Shown: one piece after another, positions 17,279 through 26,868 of the stretch
Layout of the letters: every line of letters begins with the position of its first letter
Numbering within the stretch: position 1 is the stretch's first letter
Virus genome (UHGV): UHGV-0010553
Source of the DNA: a virus
DNA length: 40,433 bases
Strand: one strand, 5' to 3'
Position numbers and translations under genes: made by a program
The notes under the pieces: model-generated
What the model was told of the DNA's origin: nothing
Seen by the model: the letters and a program-made list of their open reading frames with translations, nothing else
The model's database searches: none

Positions 17279-17560
17279 ATGAGAATCAAGAACGAATCTA
17301 AACGGATATATCAGTTTAATGGGGGACAGATTCTTCCGGGGCGTGTCGTTGATATTGAGAACGAGCAGTTAGCAGAAGCTCTTATCAAAGGCTATCCGAA
17401 TGAATTGGTCGCTCTTGACAATATCAAAGCCGAAGTTATTAAAGATGAACTTAAGGAAGAAGCCAAGAAATTAGGCATCAAGGGGTTTGCTCTTATGAAA
17501 CGTGACGTTCTAGAAAAGAAGGTCGCGGAAGCTAAAGAGTACCTTGAGAATCAAGAATAG
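17279..17560 (+). CDS. Small protein with a Rho-N-like motif (KKLGIKGFALMKRDVLEKKV)
   Basis: ORF with an AGGAG RBS. Confidence 0.4.
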   Translation: MRIKNESKRIYQFNGGQILPGRVVDIENEQLAEALIKGYPNELVALDNIKAEVIKDELKEEAKKLGIKGFALMKRDVLEKKVAEAKEYLENQE

Positions 17561-17576
17561 AGAAAAGGGGGATGTT

Positions 17577-18134
17577 ATGGGTATAAAGGATTTAACGATA
17601 GACGACTTCAAAGAGTTGTTTGCTCGTAACTTCCCCTATCTTCCTGTATGGGTTGAAGATAAGGCGTATTTCACTGGAGATGTGGTATACGCCGACCCAA
17701 ACTTTTATGAGAGTCTGGTAGATAACAACACTCAGCCGGTTGCCGATACCGAATCGTGGAAAGTCATTAATCTTTCGCTTTCCGATTATGTTCAGGATTC
17801 GGACATTGAAAGAGCGTGGGCAGAAGCATTAACTACATATAACGAGGCTTTAGGCGGAGAGGATTATAAAGTTATTTTCCTTTATCTGGTTGCTTTTTAT
17901 CTTTCGTATGATTTGCAACTCACCTCAGCCGGTGCGTATGGCCAAGTTAGTTTCCCCGCTACTTCTGTTACTGTCGGAAGTGTGTCGGAGTCTTATTATG
18001 TGCCAGAGGTTTATGTAAATGACCCGATTTTAAGTTTTTACACCCGGAACGGATTTGGGTTGAAATACTTGAATATGGTCTATCCGAGAATGGTTGGAAA
18101 TACGAGGGTTGTTGCAGGATGGAGTTTACCATAG
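17577..18134 (+). CDS. Head-tail connector / adaptor candidate
   Basis: Position; RBS aaaagggggatgttATG. The ORF track's upstream extension lacks an RBS. Confidence 0.35.
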   Translation: MGIKDLTIDDFKELFARNFPYLPVWVEDKAYFTGDVVYADPNFYESLVDNNTQPVADTESWKVINLSLSDYVQDSDIERAWAEALTTYNEALGGEDYKVIFLYLVAFYLSYDLQLTSAGAYGQVSFPATSVTVGSVSESYYVPEVYVNDPILSFYTRNGFGLKYLNMVYPRMVGNTRVVAGWSLP

Positions 18135-18568
18135 ACATATCCCCCCTTTACAGGGGGCTTGAAGCTCCGAAAGATAGGACGGGTCGTGTCGGTATTTTAA
18201 CGGATTCTCCAAACAAAAAAACAACCAACGCTGTTATTGCCGCGGCAAACGAAAGAGAATATGGTTGGGTTACCGGATTAGGAACATTTGTTCCGCCAAG
18301 GTCAACAATCAGACTTCCTCTTTCAGTCCGTGAGGACGAGATTAAAAAAGCTGCGGCTGATAATATAACCGAGCTTGATAATTTGGATGGCGCAATAAAC
18401 GCAATGGGTCAAGCCTGTTTAGACGCTATTCACGATGCGTTTAAGACAGGCGGTTATGGTCAATGGCCAAAGAACGCCCCATCAACTATTGAGAAAAAAG
18501 GCAGAAACGAACCGATGGTTGATGATGGTATTTTGGAAAACGCTTATAGTTACGAGGTGGACGAATGA
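18119..18568 (+). CDS. Head-tail joining protein candidate (HK97 gp10-like)
   Basis: Position and size. Confidence 0.3.
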   Translation: MEFTIDISPLYRGLEAPKDRTGRVGILTDSPNKKTTNAVIAAANEREYGWVTGLGTFVPPRSTIRLPLSVREDEIKKAAADNITELDNLDGAINAMGQACLDAIHDAFKTGGYGQWPKNAPSTIEKKGRNEPMVDDGILENAYSYEVDE

Positions 18569-18915
18569 TGAATCTTCCAAGACCGCAGCTGGGTATAAAT
18601 ATGTGGTCGCAAAGCTCAAGAGCAAAAGTTATCCGCCAAACCGTTGACGAATACGGCAATGTAACTGACGAGGTAAGTTTCTTTAATTTTGACGGTGTTA
18701 TTCAGCCTCTCAGACCTGAGGAGATTAAACTCAAAGATGAGGGACAATGGTCTTGGGATTGGTATTGGTTTCACACCAAACAGAATGTAGACCTCAAGAC
18801 GAATGACCGCGTTGTTTATCGTAATGTTGAATATAAGATTATGTCCGTAAAGGATTATTCCGATTACGGACATATCGAATATCATTGTATTAAGGATTGG
18901 CAAAATGCAGGTTGA
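18565..18915 (+). CDS. Head closure / head-tail joining protein candidate
   Basis: C-terminal RVVYRNVEYKIMSVKDYSDYGHIEYHC is typical of head-tail joining proteins. ATGATG coupling. Confidence 0.4.
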   Translation: MMNLPRPQLGINMWSQSSRAKVIRQTVDEYGNVTDEVSFFNFDGVIQPLRPEEIKLKDEGQWSWDWYWFHTKQNVDLKTNDRVVYRNVEYKIMSVKDYSDYGHIEYHCIKDWQNAG

Positions 18916-19411
18916 GGAAAATATCGTTAAAATTATTCGGACTGAATTAGGACTTAAACAGTCTAATATTTGGATTCAAGCGCAAAACCGCAAAATTCCG
19001 CCACAGAGCGATGAATTGTATTGCATAGTAGGCGTGGTTAGCTTTAGACCGATTTCCTCTAAGAGCTACTTTGAAAACGAGCAGGAAAAGCAAATTGTTT
19101 ATGGTCGTGCCGATGTCCAAATAGATTTAATGAGTCGTTCAAACGAGGCTCGCAACAGACGGCACGAAGTATTGATGGCTCTAAACTCTTTTTATTCTCA
19201 AAATGTTCAAGACGAGGAATGTTTTAGAATCTTTGAATTGCCAACGATGTTCACAAACACATCAGGCTTGCAAGGCGGTTCGGATATAAACAGGTTCACT
19301 TTGATAATTCCGACAATGGTTTCCGAAACAAAGACCAAAAGCACTAATTATTACGATACTTTCCGTGCAACAGTAAAGACTGAGGAAGCCGATTTGAATA
19401 TTTTAGAATAA
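18905..19411 (+). CDS. Tail completion or sheath-terminator candidate
   Basis: Position immediately upstream of the sheath. Confidence 0.3.
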   Translation: MQVEENIVKIIRTELGLKQSNIWIQAQNRKIPPQSDELYCIVGVVSFRPISSKSYFENEQEKQIVYGRADVQIDLMSRSNEARNRRHEVLMALNSFYSQNVQDEECFRIFELPTMFTNTSGLQGGSDINRFTLIIPTMVSETKTKSTNYYDTFRATVKTEEADLNILE

Positions 19412-19453
19412 AGAATTATTATATCTATGTAAACTAACTTTAGGAGTAACAAA

Positions 19454-20914
19454 ATGAGCGAACTCTCAATTTCAAATGTTATTCGTGTTACCGTGCAGGG
19501 AGTGCAAAGAGGAATTAGCGTTAAGAATATTAACGAAGTCGCTTTGTTTACTCCTGAACAGCCGAATAGCGTTGCTCCGTATCTTATCTGCATTGACCCT
19601 TCTGATGTGGTTAAGGCTTACGGAACAGATTCCCTTACTGCAAAAATGGCTCAGAATATCTTTGCTCAGAACGCTAATCTGAATACGGGCAAAGGTTATC
19701 TGGTCGTTATCCCGATGAAGAACGCCGTTAGCGCAAAAGCCGCCTCTTTCAAGACTGTGGCTATTGACTTGTCTAAACTGAAAGAAGTTGAAGACGGTTC
19801 TTTGAAAATCACGACTGCAGGCGTTGCTTATGATTTGTCGGGTTTGAACTTTACTAACTGCGCCAACTTAAACGATGTCGCAACTGTTATCTCTAACCAG
19901 ATTACGGCTTGCAATATCACTGTTGACGGAACTTCTTTGGTGTTCGGTGCGCAGACCCTCGGCACTACTTCTTCTATCGTTCTTTCAAATGGAACGGGCG
20001 GAACTGATGTTTCTGGCGAGAATTATCTGAACGTTGCCGATGGAACGACTACAAACGGAACTACGTCTTCTGGTGAAAAACTTGAAGAGGCTATCGAAAG
20101 AACTAAGGACCAAGTAAGATATACTGGTATTCTTACGGCTCTGTATATGGAAGATTCAGCTGTTGAATCCGCGAGTGCTGCTGTCAATACCGGAGATTTC
20201 ATTTGGGTTAACGTTTGGTATTCGGCCAGCGATATTTCTGGTATGTGCAAAACCATTAAAGAGGCTAGCCAACAGCAGACACGTTGTTTGGTTTATACTG
20301 GTGGGTTTGAAAAAGCTAAATTGATGATGGCGGCTTATGCTGGTCGTGCTTTCTCTGTAAACTTTAGCGGTTCTCAGACATCTCAGACAATGAATCTCAA
20401 GACTTTGGTAAATGTAACTCCTGATGCGGGCATTGACCAGACTTCTTATACCAGTGCTAAAGAATACGGTGTTGACCTTTATGTTTCTTATGAAGGCGAC
20501 CCTGCGGTTCTTTCAAGTGGTGGAAACGGATATTTTGACACCGTTTACGAGAATATGGCTCTCAAATTCGCTATGCAGGCTGGGCTTTACAACGTCCTCA
20601 AGACTGTTGGCACAAAAGTTCCTCAGACTGAATCCGGTATGTCCGCTCTTACCAATGGTATGGCTCAAGTATTTATTCAGTTCGTCCGCAACGGCGTTCT
20701 CGCACCGGGTAAATGGAACTCTTCTCAGACTTTTGGTGACCCAGAAACTTTCCGCCAGAATATCTCTAATCAGGGGTGGTATATTTATCATACTCCGATT
20801 GCTGGGCAGGCTCAGAGTGAGAGAGAACAGAGAATTGCGCCCGTTATTCAGGGTGCTGGTAAACGCGCAGGGGCAATTCACGAAGCCGATGTGTTAATTT
20901 TGATTGAGGAGTAA
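19454..20914 (+). CDS. Contractile tail sheath protein
   Basis: 486 aa, directly upstream of the tube gene; strong AGGAG RBS. Confidence 0.75.
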   Translation: MSELSISNVIRVTVQGVQRGISVKNINEVALFTPEQPNSVAPYLICIDPSDVVKAYGTDSLTAKMAQNIFAQNANLNTGKGYLVVIPMKNAVSAKAASFKTVAIDLSKLKEVEDGSLKITTAGVAYDLSGLNFTNCANLNDVATVISNQITACNITVDGTSLVFGAQTLGTTSSIVLSNGTGGTDVSGENYLNVADGTTTNGTTSSGEKLEEAIERTKDQVRYTGILTALYMEDSAVESASAAVNTGDFIWVNVWYSASDISGMCKTIKEASQQQTRCLVYTGGFEKAKLMMAAYAGRAFSVNFSGSQTSQTMNLKTLVNVTPDAGIDQTSYTSAKEYGVDLYVSYEGDPAVLSSGGNGYFDTVYENMALKFAMQAGLYNVLKTVGTKVPQTESGMSALTNGMAQVFIQFVRNGVLAPGKWNSSQTFGDPETFRQNISNQGWYIYHTPIAGQAQSEREQRIAPVIQGAGKRAGAIHEADVLILIEE

Positions 20915-20918
20915 GACA

Positions 20919-21377
20919 ATGGCAGAATCTTATAGACTTACGGGCGATGATACTTTCATCATCTGGGATAGAACCATTACAGACCTCGCCGATGGAGATG
21001 TCATTAATGTTGTTGCTGATAACAACATTGCGTCTTCTGTCGTTGGTAAAGGTGGAAACATCATCATTGCCAAAGATGAGCAAGGAAAGAAATGCACCGT
21101 TACTCTGAGATTGTTGAAAGGGTCTTCTGATGACGCTTTCATTAATGCTTACTACAAAACATACGAGGCTGATTCTGCTTTGTTTGTTTTGGGTAATGGC
21201 TCTTTCGCTAAACGCTTGGGCGATGGAACAGGTAACGTTGTGTTTGATACCCGTTATCTGAAAGCTATCCACTTTACAAAACCGCCTTATGATGCTACAT
21301 TAAACGTAAACGGTGCAACTGAACAAGCTGTAACTGTTTACACGATGCAAGCAATCATAGAGAGGACACTTGGATAA
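20919..21377 (+). CDS. Tail tube protein
   Basis: ~150 aa after the sheath; GAGGAG RBS before MAESYRL. Confidence 0.7.
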   Translation: MAESYRLTGDDTFIIWDRTITDLADGDVINVVADNNIASSVVGKGGNIIIAKDEQGKKCTVTLRLLKGSSDDAFINAYYKTYEADSALFVLGNGSFAKRLGDGTGNVVFDTRYLKAIHFTKPPYDATLNVNGATEQAVTVYTMQAIIERTLG

Positions 21378-21769
21378 TGGAATTTGTAACAGAAGAAAAC
21401 AAAGCAAAGGTTATCATTAACGCTGCGCCTTTACAGGACGCGTTTAGACTCAAAGCCGTCATTCAGAAGGCTCTTTTGAATAACGGCATTAAAATTGAGG
21501 ATATTAAAGAGAATGATATTTTTAATATTCTTATGGCTCTTGACTCCTCTGAGGAAGTATTTAACGCAATGTTCGATTGCCTTAAAAAATCCTCTTACAA
21601 CGGAATCAAAATAACAAAAGAAACTTTTGAGCCTGAGGAAACAAGGGGCGACCTTTACGAAGTTTTCTTCTATTGCTTAAAGGTAAATATCTACCCTTTT
21701 TTGAGAAGCCTCTGTTCTCGGTTCGGAATCCAATTCGGGGCGAGTGCAGAGCTCCCGAAACAGTTATAA
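21377..21769 (+). CDS. Tail assembly chaperone (G-like), short product
   Basis: Position between tube and tape measure; overlapping -1-frame ORF downstream. Confidence 0.6.
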   Translation: MEFVTEENKAKVIINAAPLQDAFRLKAVIQKALLNNGIKIEDIKENDIFNILMALDSSEEVFNAMFDCLKKSSYNGIKITKETFEPEETRGDLYEVFFYCLKVNIYPFLRSLCSRFGIQFGASAELPKQL

Positions 21770-21939
21770 AAGACGAATTACGTTTTTTATGCGTGAGGGT
21801 TGCAAAACTTGGTTATTATGGGGGCGACCCTGACAAAGTCAGAGAAGCCCCTGTAACTACAATCTTGGATATTCTTTGTTATGAATCTTTTGAGAGTGAT
21901 TTCCAAGAAACGTTAAGGAATTTGAACAGTGCTGAATGA
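21377..21939 (+). CDS. Tail assembly chaperone, long product made by a -1 programmed frameshift at T TTT TTG (21697-21703), ending at 21939 (GT-like)
   Basis: ORF 21673..21939 is in the -1 frame relative to 21377..21769 and has no ATG start. The slippery heptamer cct-ttt-ttg lies in the overlap. Confidence 0.5.
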
Positions 21940-23419
21940 CGTATACGCCAGATTTGGTATAAAAGTAGACAAGGGGAGCTTTTCGGCGGCAGAAGGTGCT
22001 GTTAAAAAGCTAACCGAGGCTGTCAAAGTCATTCAGAACGCTACTAAAGTAGCCACTTCAGAAACAAAAGCTAATATAGCGGCAATCAAAGAGCAGATTG
22101 CCAGTTCAAAACTTGCTGAACAGCAAACTAAAGCTGAAACTTCAGAAATAAGAAGACAGACGGCAGAATTTAATCTCAATACCAAAATGCAGAGAGAGAA
22201 CGAACGCCAAGAGCGTCAGAGCCTCAAACAGAGGTCTGAATCTTGGAATAGCTTCGCACGCTCTGCCAGAAACGCTATTTTGGGCATTACAGCGGGTTTA
22301 TACGGTTTAACTAGACTGACTAGGGGGACACGTGAAACATCGCTTGAATACCGAGATTTTGCCCGCCAAACAGGGCTTTCTATCTCAAGGTTACAGTCTT
22401 ATCAGGCTGCGGCTGCAGAAACAGGTTCTAGATTAACTTCTAGTCAAGTAACTCAAGACATAACTTCCCTTCAGCAGAAGCTGGTTGATGTCGAGTTTGG
22501 ACAAGGCAACGTCTTCCCGTATAAGATGTTAGGTATCTCTGCGGCTACTAAAGACGCTATGGCTGTTATTGAGGGATTAAGAAACTCAATACGTGGCTTA
22601 GATGACACAAGAGCACTTAATTTAATCAGGAGGATTGGGTTAAGTGATGACTGGTTGCACCTATTAAGACAATCAAGAGAAGAATTTGAAAAGATTCAGA
22701 AAGTTATGCTCTCAAGAGAGCAGCTTTCGAACACAACGACTTTGGCAATGAACTTCCGTAGATTTGCCTTTGCCGTGTCTAATTTAAAAGACCAGTTTGT
22801 AGCTTTTATAAGTAATAATTTCAGTATCTTTATCAGAAACCTTAAAGATATGGCTATGGATTTGTCGGCTTTCCTTAAGGATATGTATAACTCTCCTGAG
22901 GCGTTTAGACGCTTTGCGGCTGGTATTGCTGTTATTGTTACTGCTTTATCCCCACTGACAGCGGCTTTGGCTGCGGCATATCTTATTTTAGAGGATATGT
23001 ATGTTGCCTCAAAAGGTGGAATATCCTTGTTTAATTGGGATATGGACGCTTGGGATATTTTTATTAAAACTCTTAAAACTGTCGCTGATTTGCTTACAAC
23101 GATATTTAATTTGATGGTAGGACTTGGTAAAGCCCCATCAAATTGGGAAAAATCATTTACAGCCGCTTTTACCGGACGTAAGTCTAATGAGGGGATGAGT
23201 TGGAGTGAGATTTTATTTAATCCAGGGTCGTGGGTTCAAACCCTAGAAGATGCAATGACTCGTGGTTTACAAAAAAGGAATCCTCTTGGATTAGGAAATA
23301 CCAACAATATTACCGTCAATGTCCGCACACCTGAGGAAGGCGGAAGATTTGTAACCGAATATGTGGGCAATCAGCAATCTGAAATGAATACAACATTTGC
23401 GGAGTCAGCGTCAAGATGA
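21936..23419 (+). CDS. Tape measure protein
   Basis: Coiled-coil N-terminal half and hydrophobic segments (AAGIAVIVTALSPLTAALAAAYLIL). ATGA overlap with the end of the chaperone. Confidence 0.7.
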
Positions 23420-24210
23420 GTGATTTACAGACATTATTAAACGCAGGTAAGAACTTAAAAGATTATATTTCAGACACGATTAGTTCTTACTTCATTAAAC
23501 CGGCTGACGATACAGGAATTGGTGGAATTAAACTTGATATTATCGGTGAGCAGAAACTTGATATAAGTTCTGATGTTTCTGACCATTATGTCGAGTCTAA
23601 CGTAGCTTATCAAGACCAAATCTCGCAAAAGCCCATTGTCTATACAATTCAGGGTGAAGTTGGTGAGTTGGTTTACTATGAAAAAGATTCAGTTCAAACT
23701 CAAGTCGGATATGTGGCGGAAAAATTAGGAAAGATAGCCTCTTTTGCGCCTAGCGTGAGCAGAAGATTTTATCAAGTAAGCGATAAAGCTCTAAAAATCG
23801 CTGGTATGGTAGATTCTGCTGATAACCTTATTACACGCCTTAATAAGTTGAAGCTTACTGAAAATAAACAGCAACAAGCATATCTGGCATTGATTGCTTT
23901 GAGAAACGCGCGTAGTCCGATTGACGTAACGACACCTTGGACTGACTTAAAGAATTATGTCATTACAAATATCTCTTTGACACAACCTGATAGAACAAAA
24001 GATAAATCATATATCACGATTACACTCAAAGAGTTCAGAACAACCGATTTGGCGACTGTTCCCTTTAATTCAAAGAATTACCAAGGGAGATTAGGCTACC
24101 AAAAAGCACAAACTGTTGAGCAAGGGCAGACAACGGGCATAAGAGTGTCTACCTTGGCTAATATTGTAGACCCTGAGTCCGTTGCTAAGCAAATAGGGGG
24201 CAATAAATGA
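23416..24210 (+). CDS. Tail/baseplate-associated protein
   Basis: Position after the tape measure. Confidence 0.3.
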   Translation: MSDLQTLLNAGKNLKDYISDTISSYFIKPADDTGIGGIKLDIIGEQKLDISSDVSDHYVESNVAYQDQISQKPIVYTIQGEVGELVYYEKDSVQTQVGYVAEKLGKIASFAPSVSRRFYQVSDKALKIAGMVDSADNLITRLNKLKLTENKQQQAYLALIALRNARSPIDVTTPWTDLKNYVITNISLTQPDRTKDKSYITITLKEFRTTDLATVPFNSKNYQGRLGYQKAQTVEQGQTTGIRVSTLANIVDPESVAKQIGGNK

Positions 24211-24554
24211 AAGTATTAACTACCCTCAATTCTAACGCAAGACAAAGTCTTTATTTCATTACAGACGAGAAACAAAGACTTAAATTTACGTTTTATTTCC
24301 TTCCGACACAAGACGGTTGGTTTTATGATGTTGAATCCGAAGGATTTAATCTTTACGGACAGCGTTTGTGTTGCCACCCGAATCTGTTAAATAAATACAG
24401 CCGAATTATTGATTGGGGGCTTAACGTTTCCACAACAGACGGATTAGACCCTTATCAGATTGCGGATTTCACAAGTGGCTATTGTTATGTGTCAATCTTG
24501 GATAAAGAAGAAGTCCAACAAGTCGAGGATTATCTGAATGGGCAAACTCAATAG
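24207..24554 (+). CDS. Small tail/baseplate protein
   Basis: Position; AGGGGG RBS. Confidence 0.3.
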   Translation: MKVLTTLNSNARQSLYFITDEKQRLKFTFYFLPTQDGWFYDVESEGFNLYGQRLCCHPNLLNKYSRIIDWGLNVSTTDGLDPYQIADFTSGYCYVSILDKEEVQQVEDYLNGQTQ

Positions 24555-25446
24555 GATATATCGTCTTACGGTTCAACTCCAAGACGAGCAAGGAAAAAAT
24601 ATAAATCAGGCTCTTGAGATTCAAAATCCGTTTACAGTTAAGTTTTCGGTTGATAGATCTATCTATGCCGGATTGAACTCTTTAGATATAGATATTTACA
24701 ATCTATCCCCTAAAAACAGAAACCTTTTGTTTCAAGACGTTTATGGGGATAGAGATGGTAATTATAGAAACGTTATCTTAGAGTCCGGCTACCAAGGGCA
24801 AGGAATGTCCGTTATCTTTAACGGTAACGTTTGGTCTGCTTATTCCAAGAGAAACGGTGTGGACGTTATAACGCATATTTACGCCATTGATGGGCTTTCC
24901 ACTCAATCAGGAATGATAAATACTACCTTAAAGAGCGGAACAACCGCTCAAGAGGTTATCCAAGCTGCGGCAGGGCAACTAAAAGACCTAAAAACTGGCA
25001 CAATGAATATTCCTGACCACACATTTGATCGTCCTGTTGTCCTTGCCGGAAACGCCTATAAGATATTAAAAACTTATTCTGATGATAATGTATTTGTGGA
25101 TATGAAGACAATTCATATTATGAAACCGAATGACGCTATTGAGGGGGTTATTCCTCTTATCACAGATAGTTCAGGACTTTTAGCGACTCCTGAAAGGCAG
25201 GACGCAACATTAACTATCAGAATGATATTTGAACCACGTCTTCAAATCGGGCAGCTGATTCAAGTAAAATCAGAGATTGCGCCTCAATTTGACGGTGTGT
25301 ATAAAATATATGGTATAAAACATAACGGAACAATCAGCGATGCCGTTGCGGAGAATTGCACAACAACAATTCAACTCCAAGTCGGCTCACAAGTATTCGG
25401 GAGGTTCAATGTCCTTAAAGCCGAACAGCAACAAATCTCTAAGTAA
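24538..25446 (+). CDS. Baseplate hub protein (P2 gpD / Mu gp44-like)
   Basis: N-terminal YRLTVQLQDEQGKNINQALEIQNPFTVKFSVDRSIYAGLNSLDIDIYN resembles the GPD family start (RLTV..G.DIT...L.D..G.E.D.L.I.L.N). Confidence 0.5.
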   Translation: MGKLNRIYRLTVQLQDEQGKNINQALEIQNPFTVKFSVDRSIYAGLNSLDIDIYNLSPKNRNLLFQDVYGDRDGNYRNVILESGYQGQGMSVIFNGNVWSAYSKRNGVDVITHIYAIDGLSTQSGMINTTLKSGTTAQEVIQAAAGQLKDLKTGTMNIPDHTFDRPVVLAGNAYKILKTYSDDNVFVDMKTIHIMKPNDAIEGVIPLITDSSGLLATPERQDATLTIRMIFEPRLQIGQLIQVKSEIAPQFDGVYKIYGIKHNGTISDAVAENCTTTIQLQVGSQVFGRFNVLKAEQQQISK

Positions 25447-26071
25447 CGTATTAGACGAGTCTTTTAGTGTCTTTTCTCGGTTCTTCCATTGCGTGAAAAT
25501 CGGGGAAATTCAGTCATTTGATAAACAAAATCAAACTGTTTCCGTAAAGATTCTCTATAAAGGGATTAACGATTATAATCTTCAAGAAAGAGAATTGGTC
25601 GATTTTCCAGTTTTAGAGCAAGTTCCCGTAGTCGTTTTGGGCGGTGGTGGAACTTATATCTCATACCCTATCAAAAAGGGCGATGATTGCGTTCTCTTGT
25701 TTAACGATTACGAACTAGACGGTTGGTGGTCTTCTGGTGAGGCTAGACCTTCTGAATTTCCTCGTAGACACGATTTGTCGGACGCTATCGCTATTGTCGG
25801 GCTTAATTCTCTTGTTTCCTTAATAAAAGATTATTCGGATTTTCTGAAAATTCATTATTCCGATTCGTCAAATATCACCGTTGGAAACACAATAGAAATA
25901 ACCAACCAGACAATCAATCTTAATGGCAATTCTAATGTTTCAGGAAATGAAACAGTTTCAGGAACAGTAACAGGAGAGGTTCACTCAACACACGGTGCAA
26001 GTGGTAGCTTCTCAAATGCTGCAGGACAAACACTTACCATTGTTGACGGTGTTATAACGTCTATATCATAA
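25409..26071 (+). CDS. Baseplate spike protein gpV-like (OB-fold plus C-terminal beta-helix tip)
   Basis: PVLEQVPVVVLGGGGTYISYPIKKGDDCVLLFNDYELDGWW is a gpV OB-fold signature. The C-terminus is repetitive: ITVGNTIEITNQTINLNGNSNVSGNETVSGTVTGEV. GGGAGG RBS at MSLKPN. Confidence 0.6.
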   Translation: MSLKPNSNKSLSNVLDESFSVFSRFFHCVKIGEIQSFDKQNQTVSVKILYKGINDYNLQERELVDFPVLEQVPVVVLGGGGTYISYPIKKGDDCVLLFNDYELDGWWSSGEARPSEFPRRHDLSDAIAIVGLNSLVSLIKDYSDFLKIHYSDSSNITVGNTIEITNQTINLNGNSNVSGNETVSGTVTGEVHSTHGASGSFSNAAGQTLTIVDGVITSIS

Positions 26072-26073
26072 AA

Positions 26074-26116
26074 AAAGACCGCCTCCATTCCACGACGAAT
26101 TTTAGCGGCCTTTAGT
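26074..26116 (+). terminator. Weak hairpin AAAGACCGCC...GGCGGCCTTT followed by TAGTT
   Basis: 10-bp stem with one mismatch and a long loop. Confidence 0.25.
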
Positions 26117-26177
26117 TCACCTCTCAACTACGAAAGTATTTTTAATATACAAGATTTATCCCAAAAGTCAAGAACTA

Positions 26178-26203
26178 AAAACGAACCTTTAATTTACCGA
26201 ATG
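26178..26203 (+). other. Recombination crossover site S1 (aaaacgAACCTTTAATTTACCgaatg), forward orientation
   Basis: One of six copies of the 15-bp core AACCTTTAATTT(G/A)CC. Confidence 0.6.
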
Positions 26204-26502
26204 CTTCTGGTAGGTCTGTCTTTCAATCCGCAGATAAAACACTAGGGAATGGTGGCGCAGGTGCATTGCCGAATATTACGGGTAAATTTGCGGTAGGTAA
26301 TACTCAATCACCCCCTATTGACCCCATAGGTCAAGGAGCATTCGAAGACCATGGTATATCAGGTGGGACTGTGGGGTCTGCCTTTACGCCAGCAGGTACA
26401 TATTATGACTTTGACGCCTCGCGGTCAAACAGCTTATATCGAAGTGATACTGATATAGTGATACCTGCTAGTATTTTGGTTATGTTTGCCATAAAATATT
26501 AG
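26179..26502 (+). CDS. Promoterless tail-fibre C-terminal cassette A. It begins at crossover site S1 (KRTFNLPNASGRSV...) and ends ...FDASRSNSLYRSDTDIVIPASILVMFAIKY.
   Basis: The frame opens exactly at the site (stop-K-R-T-F-N-L-P-N). The C-terminal FDASRS...V.P....AIKY motif is shared with the other cassettes. Confidence 0.6.
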   Translation, partial: KRTFNLPNASGRSVFQSADKTLGNGGAGALPNITGKFAVGNTQSPPIDPIGQGAFEDHGISGGTVGSAFTPAGTYYDFDASRSNSLYRSDTDIVIPASILVMFAIKY

Positions 26503-26807
26503 AACTTAATACAGTAAGACACCTCAATATTGTCAGGTTGAACTTTCGCGCCGTCTTGGTAAGTTGAAGATGAACGAGAGGCGTCAAAAGCATAACCAAA
26601 CAATTTTTCTGCGTTACTTCCTGTACCCGCATAATCTCTACCAGTCGCAGCATCAACATAAAAAGCTCCCGTTGCTGATCTATCGTTTGATCTTAAAGTT
26701 GTATTACCTTTAATATTCGGCAAACTCTCGCTGTTATATGTGCCTGCTGTTCCGCCTTTTAGAAATCTTCCAACAAGGTTAGGCAAATTAAAGGTTGAAT
26801 TATAAGT
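26499..26807 (-). CDS. Tail-fibre C-terminal cassette B (TFNLPNLVGRFLKGG...YCIKF), convergent with cassette A; the stops overlap
   Basis: Starts at site S2; the LPNLVGRFLKGG segment parallels LPDLRGRF at the end of a tail-collar domain. Confidence 0.6.
   Translation of the reverse strand, partial: TYNSTFNLPNLVGRFLKGGTAGTYNSESLPNIKGNTTLRSNDRSATGAFYVDAATGRDYAGTGSNAEKLFGYAFDASRSSSTYQDGAKVQPDNIEVSYCIKF
26778..26801 (-). other. Crossover site S2 (reverse orientation)
   Basis: ggcaaattaaaggtt on the plus strand at 26782-26796. Confidence 0.6.
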
Positions 26808-26868
26808 TTACTTTTCAATAAAATGGATTTAGTATTATTCTGTTAACGTTAACGAAAGGTATTTTAAT

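Noticed and set aside
20424-21272. Several long ORFs on both strands overlapping the sheath and tube genes (for example 20424..20897 +, 20513..20881 -, 20844..21272 -)
   Set aside because: They are embedded in, or antisense to, high-confidence structural genes and lack RBSs. They are typical shadow ORFs.
23225-23250. tRNA-like T-arm motif GGGTTCAAACCC
   Set aside because: It lies inside the tape-measure reading frame. No acceptor or anticodon stems can be built around it.
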